Below are positions 35,701-46,528 of a DNA stretch of 64,000 bases, in pieces (the stretch's first letter is position 1; the number at the start of each line of letters is the position of its first letter). A model generated the notes under the pieces. The model worked only from the letters and a program-made list of their open reading frames with translations, had not been told where the DNA came from and made no database searches. Source of the DNA: Podarcis liolepis (taxonomy: Eukaryota); assembly GCA_965112155.1 (NCBI GenBank), contig OZ218100.1; one strand, written 5' to 3'. Both the position numbers and the translations under genes were made by a program.

Positions 35701-38700
35701 TAATATTACATCTAATATGTGGAGAAGTCAGTTCCATAAACTGCCACATGGGGGATCATGGCCCCTTGTTATCTTGCTTCAAAGCTACTTAGGTAATTTA
35801 TATACTTCAGCTACATTACAGACCAATCAAGAAGTAAGAAATTATTAACACATTTATTAACAGTTGGAACGGTAATAGACAGAACTTTACTGGTTTACTG
35901 TAACCAGCTGATTATTATGTACTGCAAAACAACATGTTTAGTATTTTATCCCCCTAGTGACCTGTTTTTTGTTAGTCATGTTAAGTTTTATGATTTACGT
36001 GTACAATTTTGTAGCAAGAAAATTATAAATAAGGGGGGGGGACCTGGAGTGAGGGTTAATATTTCCATTCAATCTGTTAATATGGTGCCAAAAACTTGTA
36101 TTGGAATAAGATTTTATATTACAACATTGATTTTATTTTTCCAGCTTTCAGAACACTTTCATCCATCTGTTGCCCTCTTTGCAAAAACTATCCTAGAGGT
36201 TAGTTGAATTTCTTACTTTTTCCCACTACTTTGGTTGCCCTTTTGGGTGTCCTGTCACATGTACTTAATGATTTGGATTGCACATGAATAGTTATTTCCA
36301 GACAGAAATGGGGGCAACAAGTAAATGGGGGAACCATTCTTGACACAAATATTTTTTCCTGTAGAAAACCAGATTGGCTAGGGTTTCCACCTTGCTACAG
36401 ATATTCAAAGCAGGAGACAAGGCAGTCTTGTTTCTGCCTGTCTCCCACCTGTCCTCTTGTCCACCCCTTTCTTCACTTGTTGTGTGGCACACCTGAAATC
36501 CTACATAGCAGAGCAGGAATAACCACTGCTGCCTTCCCTCCACTGAAAGGGTTGTGTGTGATCCAGGCAACCTATTTCATCTTTTCCTTCGTCTGAGTAA
36601 CATCACTTATTTGTCTGCTGAATCCAAACATATGTGATTCTTTTGCCACTTCCATTCATGTATTGATGCAAACTGACACTATGAATGTTAACTTTGTTTC
36701 AGGGGAATTACATTGAATACACAGGTGATCCTCTGCAGGACTTCACTCTAATGAGATTCTTGGATCGTTTTGTGTACAGAAATCCCAAAGCTCCTAAGGG
36801 CAAAGGTATGGACCCTAGCAACATTTGTCAGGTGTAGCAGATAGGTTAAGGTTAATAACAATTAATTTTTTGTGTGATTTCTTGACTTTCTAATGCAGAG
36901 AACACCAGTAGCGTGGTAATGCAGCCAAAGAATAAACAGTCCATGAGTGATGTACGAAATCTTGCGGGTAAGTAAGGAGCTTTCATTCTAAAGATTATAG
37001 TCAGCGGTACCCTGTTCGTAAATACAATGCATTGTAAGATCCATCACTTTCAGTGGAAGATATTTGCACAATGGGTTTTATCCAATATTGTCATTCCATT
37101 CAGGAATGGAAGCACGGCCAATTTTTGCCAATTCCTCCTTCCTGCAGCCCTCATGCTGTTGTGGAGGGTCCCCCATCCTCAGTAGTAGATGAGGGAGGCC
37201 TTGGAAGGGGAATTGACAAACATATCCCCCCAAAAAACGTTGTGATCACGGCATCAAACAGAAGGGTGATAACATTTTTTTTAACATTTGGATGCAGGAA
37301 ATAACAAGTGTTCCTTTGATGTAGCTAACACTCTTCGCTGTTAGATGCCAGAAACCTTATTCCTTTTATCATAAGTGTATCATAAGAGTGAGTCGGAAAG
37401 ACTATGGTTTGTGCAAGTACAAACCGTTCTGTTTTGGGGGAAAGCAGGCAGTAAGTCACACCTAGTTTGCTGTTCCAGCAAGCACTTGGGTAAATGAGGG
37501 CTATAATTTGCTTTTTTCACACGACATCTCCTGTTAGTTCTGTATAAAAACATGTAAACAAATTTATATTGATTGTGTAAGTGGAAAACCAGAAAAATTC
37601 TGGAAGACTGTTAAACATAAGAAGAGGATCAGGTCAGTGGCCAGTCTAGTCCAGCATCTTGTTCTCTCAGTGGCCAACCAGATATCTGCGGGAAACTCAC
37701 AAGCAGGATTTGAGGACGAGCCTTCTCCCCTCCTGTGGTTTCCAGCAACTAGAATTCACACGCATTACTGCTGTTGGCTGCAGAGGCAGAGCATAGCTAT
37801 CGTGGCCAGTAGTCTTCAGTGGCCCTCTCCTCCGTGAATTTGTCCATTCTTTTAAAGTCTTCTAGGTTGGTGGCCATCACTGTCTCCTGTGGTAGCAAGA
37901 TCTATAGCTTATCTATGTGTTGCATGGATTCCTTTTATCTTTCCCGACTCTTTCAGCATTTAGTTTCATTGGATATCTATGAGTTCAAGTCTTATGAGAG
38001 AGGCAGAGAACCCTTTCTCTACTTTTCTCCATGCTGTGCATCATCATATAAACTCCTATTGTGTCACCTCTCACTCATCTTTCCTCTAAACTAAAAAGTC
38101 CCAAACGCTGCAATCTTTCTTCAAAGCGAGTCACTCCATCTCCTTGATCTATTTTGGTTGCCCTTTTCTGATCCTTTTCCAACTCTGTAATATCCTTTTT
38201 GAGGTGGAACAATCAACATTGCACACAGTATTGCAAATGCGGTTGCATCACAGATTTGTATAATGGTATTATGGTAGTGGCCATTTGCCCACTTCACTGC
38301 TGCTGCACACCGGGTCAACAGCTTCATCTATTATGACCCCAAAGTATTGTTCCTAGTCCATCACCATCAGTTCAGAAGTAGTAAGTGTGAAATTTGCCCT
38401 GACATGCATCACTTTACACTTGCTTACATTGAATTGCATCTGCCATTTTACTACTCATTCATTCATTTATTTTGGAGAGGTCCTTTTGGAGCTCTTCACA
38501 ATCTCTTTGTTTTGTTTTGTTTCAATGACCCTGAGCAATTTAATATCATTGGCAAACTTGGCCCCTCACTGGTTACTTCTAACTCTAGATTGTTTATGAG
38601 CAAGTTAAAAGCCCACGTCCCGATACCAATCCCTAGAGGACTCCACTTTCTCTGTTTGGAGAATTGTCCATTTATTCCTCCCCGACTTCCTACAACTTAG

Positions 38701-41700
38701 TCAATTTGTGATCCACAAGAGGATAGCTATTTCAGAAGGAGAGACGTCGCATTAAGAAAAAAGAAGGAAGGGGGAGTGATGTTATTGGATACAGAGTTCA
38801 TTGTTAGAGTCTCAGAAGTAGGATCCAGATGAACAGTTAAGGCCTTAACTCATTAACATTACGGCTAAGGATATTCATGTTATGTAAACACCAGTAATGA
38901 TGTGATACACAATAGTGGTTTTGTGGGACCTCTCAAATTTCTATTTGTAATCCATGTTCCCATGGTATCCTATAACTACATTTCTTCTGCCTAAGTGATC
39001 TAAGTAAGAAAAATTAAATTTAGCTTGGATTATATAATAGATTTATTTGATTTACTGTTTAATATTAGGTTATTTTTTAATTTAAAAGTTAAATTCCTTT
39101 TACATTCTGAACTTTTATGCTCTGGACCCCCCCCCCCATTTTTTATAGACTGGGTGAGTGAGGGAGGGATATTCATTTTGCACAGAGAGATTTAGTTGAT
39201 CTCACTGGATTGATTGATTTTGAAGCTAGCAGCCCTAAAGACATTGCTTAGGAAAAATGTGTATGACGTGGCATTTGAATAACCTTTATAGCAAGTTAAT
39301 TTGATAAACAACCATCAGTTCTTTGTTATTTTATTTCCAGTGAATAGCAAGGAATTCCTTGCCCAAGATGAAAGCAAAATCCCAGTAGATGAAGTCTTTT
39401 TCCACAGGTATTGACATATTTGATTGTGACTTCCATATGTTCATTGCTCTTAATTTGGGGAGGGTTTATTCTTGGAGATGCTTTCTACTGTTGTGAAAGT
39501 ATTACTGCAAATCATGCCCATACATTTTTATAGGATAGGGAGATCACGGCTGGGGAAAATGGATATTTCAAATTACTAGATAAGATCAGCGGAGGAAAAA
39601 AGATTTTTATAAAACACATCCATTTCTAGACAACAGTTCCTTGGAATGTTCCATACATCACAGCAAAACAGCAGGGAATTTGCCCAGAATAACTGTGCTG
39701 TTATGGCTCATGTTCTTCCATCAGGTCATCAGCAGCACCTGTGTCTATTATGGGATGCACTGGTTGGTTGCTGGTGATTCTGTTTCAGCCCTGGAGAAGG
39801 CAGTGTACATGCATCTGCTTGCAAATAAGACAACTGCTTATCTAGTCTTATATGACCAGAATAAGAATCTGAAAATGGCAGATTATACCCAAGCCTGTCT
39901 GGCGCATAGCTAGCCCTATCTCTATAACCTTTTGGAAGTGACTTGTCTGTTAAAATGGATATGAAGGAATGGGCTTTTTTATGCTGAAATGGGAAAAATG
40001 CTAAGTAAGGTAGGAGATGTGGGAAGATCATTACAGGTGTTTGAACGTAAACCAGATCAATTTTATGTTATAATTCATGACACATCAGATGTTTACTGTA
40101 GTATTTTGCCATGGAGGAGGGTGAAGGATATATAACCCCCCACAAGCGCCGCGTGGCAGCATGCCTTTCTGTTAGCGTTTGGAAAGAAATGCCCCCACAG
40201 TAGCCCTGAACCAAAGGCTCTTTTTGCCAGCAAATTAATGTTGTGACATCACACTGATAAATCAACTTGCTACCCTGATATTACATGGTGGTACTAGCCT
40301 AATTATCTTTATAATACAGGAGTGGGAAACCTCAGGCCTGGGGACCATACATGTTCCTCTCGGCCTCTCCATCTGGTCCTCATAATGTTCCCCAGGCCAC
40401 ACTCTTCACTGGGCCTGCTTTGCAACCCAGATGTTTTTGTTGGGCTGGAAAGTGTCCTTGAATTCTAATGCTTCTTGTCTGGATAGAACATAGAGAGGGG
40501 TGTGGGAGTCTGTGTAGAAACCAGCCTAAAGCACAAAGATAAAATTTACATGAATTGCTCCGCCCGCTTTTGCCTCTGGCCCTGCCCACCACTGGCATCT
40601 GGCCCCTGAAAGGTTGTTGCAATAGGAAGTAATGACTTTAAAACAGTAGGAAATTGCTTGATGCTTAGGCAGGTTTAACATCTCGAAATATCCTTATTTT
40701 GTAAGTTCACCAAATCAGGATGTCTTAATAACCATGTTTTATACGAATGTGAAAACATTTCTTTTTTCTTTTTAATACGCAGATTTTATAAAAAGTTGGA
40801 CTTGGAGAAGGAGAAAAGGAAACCTGCGAGAGATGATGAAAGTGTGGAAGATGTGGATGATGAAGAGTTTGAAAGAGCTTTAGGTAAGACTTGTCCCATT
40901 TTTCACCCCAACCAGCCTGTAATTAATCAAAGAGATGTAGAGGACTTTGGCTTCCCTTGAAGAAGGGTAGTAATCCTTTGGCAGTTCAATCAGTAGATGG
41001 AACTCAAGGTTATGTGAATTTCCAGTTCAAAGATGTGGGTGGGGAGATGAGCCAACTCAAGCTAAACAACTGCTTACACTACAGTGTTGCCTGGTTGCTC
41101 ATCTGGTATTTGCTCCTCTAAAACGTGGCAAATTCCAGATTTGACATTTGGTCTTGGTGGGTTGTTAGGTGGCAGCTGCTTCATGCAAGAATATAGAGCA
41201 CATTGCAAATTATAACAAATTGCACTTTAAAACAATTTGTTTTAAATACCAAATCAAAATGTTTTGATTTTGCCATCTTTTTTCTTTCAGATTCATTTGA
41301 ACATGATAGTTATTTTGATACACTTGTCAATGAGGACCTTAATTTTGCTGAGTAAGTTTTTTTAAAAAATGGTAATAAATAGAGTTTCTGCATGGGCACC
41401 ATGAATGACTGGATAAAGCAATTAGAGTAAATGGGAGTGTATTGTGTATGTGCATTATGTCACAAGCTCTTCTAAAACGTTGTGCTCTGTGGGGAAAAAG
41501 TTTGTTAAATATACCTCAAGTGTATTCAGAATCCCCCTTCCCTCCTGAAATATGGCTACATTACTTCTGCAATTATGAATCAACCACATTACAAGGAAGT
41601 TGATGCAATTTCCGTGTAAAACGAACAGCCAGACTTCATCTCCCTTGATCTCCTTAGTTATGATTTAGTTTTGGGGAGGAGGAGATTTGAGAATCTGAGT

Positions 41701-44700
41701 TGTGACTCCTAGGGGTGCAGACAGTTGTGAAGATCAGGGCACCTTCTTCCCTTTTCCTTGGAAAGCATTTGTATTCTGCATTTGTATATCTTCTACACTG
41801 GCCTGCCCAGTAACTTTTGGCCCGCCAGGTGTCATTGTACTTAGCATGGCCAATAGTTGAGGACGATGGGAGTTGTAGTCCAAATGCATCTGTAGGGCTG
41901 CAGGTTCATCCTCTGTACTGTTAAGTATGTTGTGAATCAATCTAGCTGCTTTTATCCTGCTGCCTGGCAAATCTCTCTCTCTCTATATATCTATCTATCT
42001 ATCTATCTATCATCTATCTGTCGGAGAGATGAGAACCCTGCTGCTGAATGGGCCTGAGCTAACTTATCTTGTAGATTCCACTCCCATTAGTATTCCTTTT
42101 TCATCTGTAGGCATGTATTAGGAGGGTGGTGTAATCTACCTCTTACTTGCAATCAGGTAGTAGTTTAGAGTGATGAAAGCTGCAACCCGATACACACCAC
42201 GTGGGAATAGGCACTACTGAAAACAATGGGGTTTAGAATTGCAGAGTCAATGGTATGATGAGATGTATCTTCTGAGCGATTGAGTGTGCTGCTTTATATG
42301 TAAACATGGCTTGAAATAGTTTACTCTTAAATGAAGGAATCTCAAAGGACAGCTCAACCACATTTAGCTTAAGAGATCAGTTTTTCCACGGATGGATCAC
42401 TTTGGGTTCCTTCCCCCTACCCCATTTCCACTCCCTCTTAGCTGAACAGTTTGACAGCACACAGCACTTCCCCCTTGCTGGCTCAGAAAGCAGGCAAAGT
42501 GATTTTCACACGCTTATTGTGTGCTGGTGTTCCCACTGCCTTAAATTTCATACACTCTGAAATGTTAGTATTACAATAAAACAGGCTTTTGGGTGGAATA
42601 CTGATATGCTAGGATCTTGGTATATTATATAAGGAGTTTATAGCAGATTTCATTGAACAATTCCCTTGTTATTTAGCATTGTGAAAATATCTGTAGAGTA
42701 CTTTATGAACTCATTTATTGTGGAAATACTCTTGTTATGTGCCTGATAATTTTGGAGTGACCCTATGGGCATTCAGCCAGTAAAACCCCATAAACCAGCT
42801 TTGCAATTTGCTATTCCTAGAGCAGGCAGTTTTACTGGTCAAAAGAGAATTGATCAAGTAATGGTCTAGTATTTTGTAAAGCTGCTAACATTCTGTGCTG
42901 TATCCAGTGGTATTGTCCTGTTTGCACAATGTCTTTTGCTTTCCTAATGGAACTTACCCTCCCACCCCCTGTAAAATCCCCCTAAATCTATTCTGGGGCA
43001 TGCAAGGAAAGGAGATGAAGTGGGATTATTCTATGGATAGAAACCACCAAAACCTGTTTAGTTATGGTATATGCATTAGTTTAACAAAATTTGAGTGTTT
43101 TGTTTATAGACTAAAGTCTGTATTGCTAGTTGTTTGTGATCTTTGTAAGCATTATGAGAAAGTTGGATAGGTGGATTTTCTAAAAGCTTTTTAAATTGTA
43201 TTTTTAAATCAAATTCTAGTAATATAAAAAGCAAAGAGAAAAAGAAAAGCCAAAGTGATGAGGAAACATTGGATGATTCAGAGGAAGATGATTTTGATGA
43301 CCTTGATGATGAGGAAGTGTCTCTGGGTAGTATGGATGAAGACTTTAGAGAAGATCTTGATGAAGATGGAGGGACTTTTATGGATGTCTCAGATGATGAT
43401 AAAGCTTCAGGTAAAAACACGAATGCACTTAATGCCAAATTATTAAATTGCTCGCTTTGTTAAAACACAGATTTTAAATGCCATAGGTAGGTAGCTATTT
43501 TTAAACCTACTTGTTTGCCTTAGTGTTCCACCAGATATTTATGTGATTTAGCTGGAGCAGAAGACCACATAAGTTAGGTGTTGTGGTGGACAGATCCGAA
43601 GGATGCGTGTGCCAAGGCTGATAACGAATCATCAGAAATAAGTGTTGCATCTACTCTTGCATCCTGTAGAGCAGTGTTTCCCAAACTTTAGTCTCCAGCT
43701 GTTTTTGGACTATAACTCCCATCACCCCTAGCTAGTAAGACCAGTGGTCAAGGATGATGGGAACTGTAGTCCAAAAACTGCTGGAGACCCAAGTTTAGGA
43801 AACACTGCTCTAGAGCCTAATTTCATGTTAACACTGGGTCACATTAACACTGTTGATTAAACTAAAATGACAGTAATTGGACCAAGGTGTAGTATTTTTA
43901 TGTGCACCAAGCATGGTTGAATGAACGGTGCTGTCCTATTGCATTTTCAGTATTCAGAAACACACCGTAGAAACATCTGAGCTGACTAGGAGTAGCTGTT
44001 TTGTGGAGTCCATACATAGGAAGTGAGATAACCACAATGTTTCAGGCAGTTGGTTACTTTCTCTGCATGAAAGCTGAAGGTGTTTTCATATTGACAAATC
44101 ATCTGTTTTATGATGTAGTCTGAGTAAAAGTTTTAATAGCTTTCCTTTTTGATAGATGACAATGAAGAGGAGCATGTCAGGCCTGCCAATAAGAAAGGCA
44201 AAAGAAAAAAAGAAATGGATTTTGCTGGATCGATGAAAGGTAACATAAAGACCTCTTAATATTTGATAAAAACTGAGACAGCCTTGGGTGTCAGAAGGCT
44301 GAGGGGTTTTGTAGCAGCCTGCCTCTCTGCTAGAAATGTGACTTGTCACTAGTTTGCAGTCTTTTCACTCAGAAGTTTCTGAGAGCGCCAGGGGTCTGTA
44401 TTAGCTGTGCTGGCTAGATATAAGGCACTTGAGCTTCTATCCTATATCCTCTTTCCTAGAAGTAAGCCCTACTGAACTCAGTGGTATTTACTTGGGCATC
44501 TAATTGTATAGGATTGCACTGGTCATTAATAGACCCATTAAAGGAAAATGACGCAGGAGACAGAATTTACTCACCTAATCACATTGACTTTTAACATTAT
44601 GTTTTGGTTAGTGCCCGAAAATCTGCATGTCCAGTTAGAGGAAGGAGAGGTAGGAATGAACTATAAGGTATTAAGAAACCCAGAGCAGTGTGTAGTTGTT

Positions 44701-46396
44701 ATGGGGGAGACAACATGTGGTTGTGATAGAAACTTCACTTACTCTTTGTCAAGAAATAATTATTTCATTTTCATATCAGACACAGAAAACCAGATGGAAA
44801 GGATTAGTTCAGTTTTCAGCAGGATAGAGTTTTCTTTCAGCTGTACACCTGAAGTCTTATCAGAGATGACAAAGGATAATTGGTTTAGAACTTGATTTTA
44901 AAAATGCAATGGTTAGATTATATTAGCCCAAGCTCTTAAAGAACTAGCATGTAAAATTGCTAAGGTACTTTATAGTTAGCAAAATCCCTTTCCGTACCTA
45001 GAGGAATAGTAAGTGGTAGACTATTTGATACCAGGGACAGTGCTGTCAAGAAAGTTAGAGATCATTTGTTTATAAAACATTGAGAAAATGTTTTTAAAAG
45101 GATGGAGTTTTGAAATATAGCACCTTGTTGCAGATAGTGTAGAAGAGCCTGAGAAGTGCTTCTTGGGAGTCTCTTCCTGTTTCCTGCTCAAATCCATTCC
45201 CCACCCAACACACACTTTGCGTTTTGTTCTTCATGTAGAATAAATAATTGCATATTAATGTTTTAAAGGGTCAAAAGAAAACAAGAAAAGAAAACTGAAA
45301 GACACTGGCATCCTTGCTACTGCAGAAGAAGTAGGTGCCACCAAGTTTTCTATTTTTTAAAAATGTGTTTGCTCTGCTGGTTATCAATGTACTAATCATC
45401 ATCTTTCTTTTGAAGTTTGGTTCCTTGCTGGATGAAAACATTGGGTCCAAGTTTGATAGTATTGGGATGAATGCAATGGCTAACAAAGATAATGCAAGTA
45501 AGTGAATTTCCCTATGTTCAGCAAATATATTTACCTGTCAGGCATTCCAAATGCTCATGTGATGGTTTTAGAAAGGCATTTCAATTAGTTTCATTTGAAA
45601 CAAATGGAGGAGCATATTGATTTCTATCCTCCTCTTTCTCCCAAGTGTCCCTTCTCTTCCCCAGTGCCACCCCTATGTGCACTGCACACTTCATGTCCCC
45701 ATCTGTCCTGCGTTGAGCAGGAAAGTCTGAAAAGAGCTTCTAAGTGTGTTCTGAAGGGTGCTTCTAAATGCCTTCGAAGGATTCCTGCTCAAGAGGAAGT
45801 TGATTCACTCCAGTGCATTTAGAAGCCCTCTTCAGACCTTGATGCTCAACTCTGGAAGGTGGCTGGGATGCATCTGGAGCACACAAAGCCTTCCCACTTT
45901 GAGCCTCATGGGATCCTGTTGGATAGGAATCCAGAGGGCTTAAGATTCCAGTTATATGATTAGCACTGAATCTTCAACGTGATATAATTCATTCCTCATT
46001 GGCCCAAATTACATTTAAGTTTGAAAAATGTAAGTTGTTTGAGACAAGATGGACTGTTGAAGGTGAGGAGGGAACTTTGTATTTATTTGTACATAAAGCA
46101 TTTTGTGTTTTTTAGGACAAAACATAGCAGAGAATTTCTCGGTCATGAATCTCTAACTCAGGCAGTATTCTTTGCATCCATAAAACTCAATGCCAGATTT
46201 TCCCAGGATGTAGTCACTCCAAACTTATCTATGTGCTCTCTGTCTTCCTCCATTAGATGTCAAGCAGCTCAGGTGGGAGGAAGAACGCAACAGGTGGATT
46301 CACAATAAGGATGTGAAGAGCATCATCAAGCAGAAAAAGAAGTTTAGACACAAAATGCTGAAAAACAAACACAAAAGTAAAAAGACAAGAAAATAA
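29606..46396 (+). CDS. CEBPZ: CCAAT/enhancer-binding protein zeta (CBF/Mak21/Noc1 family), complete, 16 exons, 3150 nt, 1049 aa
   Basis: [13 protein letters not shown]|[77 protein letters not shown], acidic region and basic tail; phases close. Confidence 0.97.
29943..29976 (-). ncRNA. Degenerate second hammerhead motif (antisense copy)
   Basis: Minus strand GTAT-CTGAAGA-TGCATGCACAC-GAAA-GATC-ATAC; 4-nt deletion in stem II and loss of the AGCU palindrome. Confidence 0.55.
30317..30380 (+). promoter_or_regulatory. PLE-borne Pol II promoter motifs (CCAAT + TATA)
   Basis: AGCCAATCA (CCAAT 30317-30321) and TATATATAAG 30371-30380, just upstream of the hammerhead. Confidence 0.55.
30404..30441 (+). 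ncRNA. Minimal type I hammerhead ribozyme motif (PLE-type)
   Basis: GTAT-CTGAAGA-A-GTGTG(CATT)CACAT-GAAA-GCTC-ATAC: stem I GTAT/ATAC, CUGANGA and GAAA cores, stem II, palindromic AGCU stem III, predicted cut after 30437. Confidence 0.75.
31135..32666 (+). CDS. CEBPZ: CEBPZ exon 2 (1532 bp)
   Basis: tgcag acceptor; long ORF QDYIML...DRYYTALY; gtaagc donor, phase 2. Confidence 0.97.
33553..33784 (+). CDS. CEBPZ: CEBPZ exon 3
   Basis: [27 protein letters not shown]...QLQDHV. Confidence 0.95.
33971..34136 (+). CDS. CEBPZ: CEBPZ exon 4
   Basis: [13 protein letters not shown]...[10 protein letters not shown]. Confidence 0.94.
34505..34600 (-). mobile_element. MIR/CORE SINE remnant
   Basis: tccattttacagaatggaaactgaagc core motif. 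Confidence 0.5.
35020..35108 (+). CDS. CEBPZ: CEBPZ exon 5
   Basis: [29 protein letters not shown]. Confidence 0.95.
36145..36198 (+). CDS. CEBPZ: CEBPZ exon 6
   Basis: [18 protein letters not shown]. Confidence 0.95.
36703..36805 (+). CDS. CEBPZ: CEBPZ exon 7
   Basis: [34 protein letters not shown]. Confidence 0.96.
36899..36967 (+). CDS. CEBPZ: CEBPZ exon 8
   Basis: (E)[22 protein letters not shown]; follows a 93-nt intron. Confidence 0.93.
37614..38722 (-). mobile_element. Old, decayed CR1 LINE 3' fragment
   Basis: aacataagaagag...ggatcagg..agtctagtccagcatc CR1 3' end; RT-region remnants tgcacacagtattgcaaatgcgg, tttacacttgcttacattgaa, ataccaatccctagaggactccact. Confidence 0.75.
39341..39407 (+). 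CDS. CEBPZ: CEBPZ exon 9
   Basis: (V)[21 protein letters not shown](R). Confidence 0.95.
40317..40620. mobile_element. hAT-type non-autonomous DNA transposon remnant
   Basis: CAGGAGTGGGAAACCTCAGGCCTGGGG hAT-like terminus, decayed body. Confidence 0.5.
40783..40883 (+). CDS. CEBPZ: CEBPZ exon 10
   Basis: [33 protein letters not shown]. Confidence 0.94.
41291..41351 (+). CDS. CEBPZ: CEBPZ exon 11
   Basis: (D)[19 protein letters not shown]. Confidence 0.92.
41972..42019. repeat. (CT)n/(ATCT)n compound microsatellite
   Basis: Direct reading. Confidence 0.9.
43220..43410 (+). CDS. CEBPZ: CEBPZ exon 12 (acidic)
   Basis: NIKSKEKK...[17 protein letters not shown]...[17 protein letters not shown]. 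Confidence 0.94.
43672..43807. mobile_element. Palindromic hAT MITE (136 bp) with 8-bp TSD
   Basis: CAGTGTTTCC...GGAAACACTG near-perfect fold-back; TSD CTGTAGAG / CTCTAGAG. Confidence 0.88.
44156..44239 (+). CDS. CEBPZ: CEBPZ exon 13
   Basis: (D)[27 protein letters not shown]. Confidence 0.9.
45269..45330 (+). CDS. CEBPZ: CEBPZ exon 14
   Basis: AAG acceptor; (G)[20 protein letters not shown]. Confidence 0.88.
45416..45497 (+). CDS. CEBPZ: CEBPZ exon 15
   Basis: [27 protein letters not shown]; follows an 85-nt intron with TACTAAT branch point. Confidence 0.94.
46257..46396 (+). CDS. CEBPZ: CEBPZ exon 16 (terminal CDS)
   Basis: (N)[48 protein letters not shown]. Confidence 0.95.
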
Positions 46397-46445
46397 ATAT
46401 GAAGATACTTAATGTAAACATTTTAAAAAATATTTCTACTTACAA

Positions 46446-46528
46446 TTAGCTTTTGCTGATTAACCATGCTGCTTCATCTTTCTCCCTTTTCCCATGAAAA
46501 CCAGCGTATTCATTACATTTGTAATAAA
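46446..46528 (-). CDS. CEBPZOS: CEBPZOS last coding exon (antisense to CEBPZ 3' UTR)
   Basis: ttttcatag acceptor; (V)YYKCNEYAGFHGKREKDEAAWLISKS-TAA. Confidence 0.9.

Noticed and set aside
43076-43438. Ser-rich minus-strand ORF (also 31263, 31895, 32308)
   Set aside because: Antisense shadows of CEBPZ coding exons.
46392-46397. AATAAA overlapping the CEBPZ stop as the main poly(A) signal
   Set aside because: Arises from Lys plus TAA codons. The 46523 hexamer has a better downstream U-rich element, though use of this one is not excluded.
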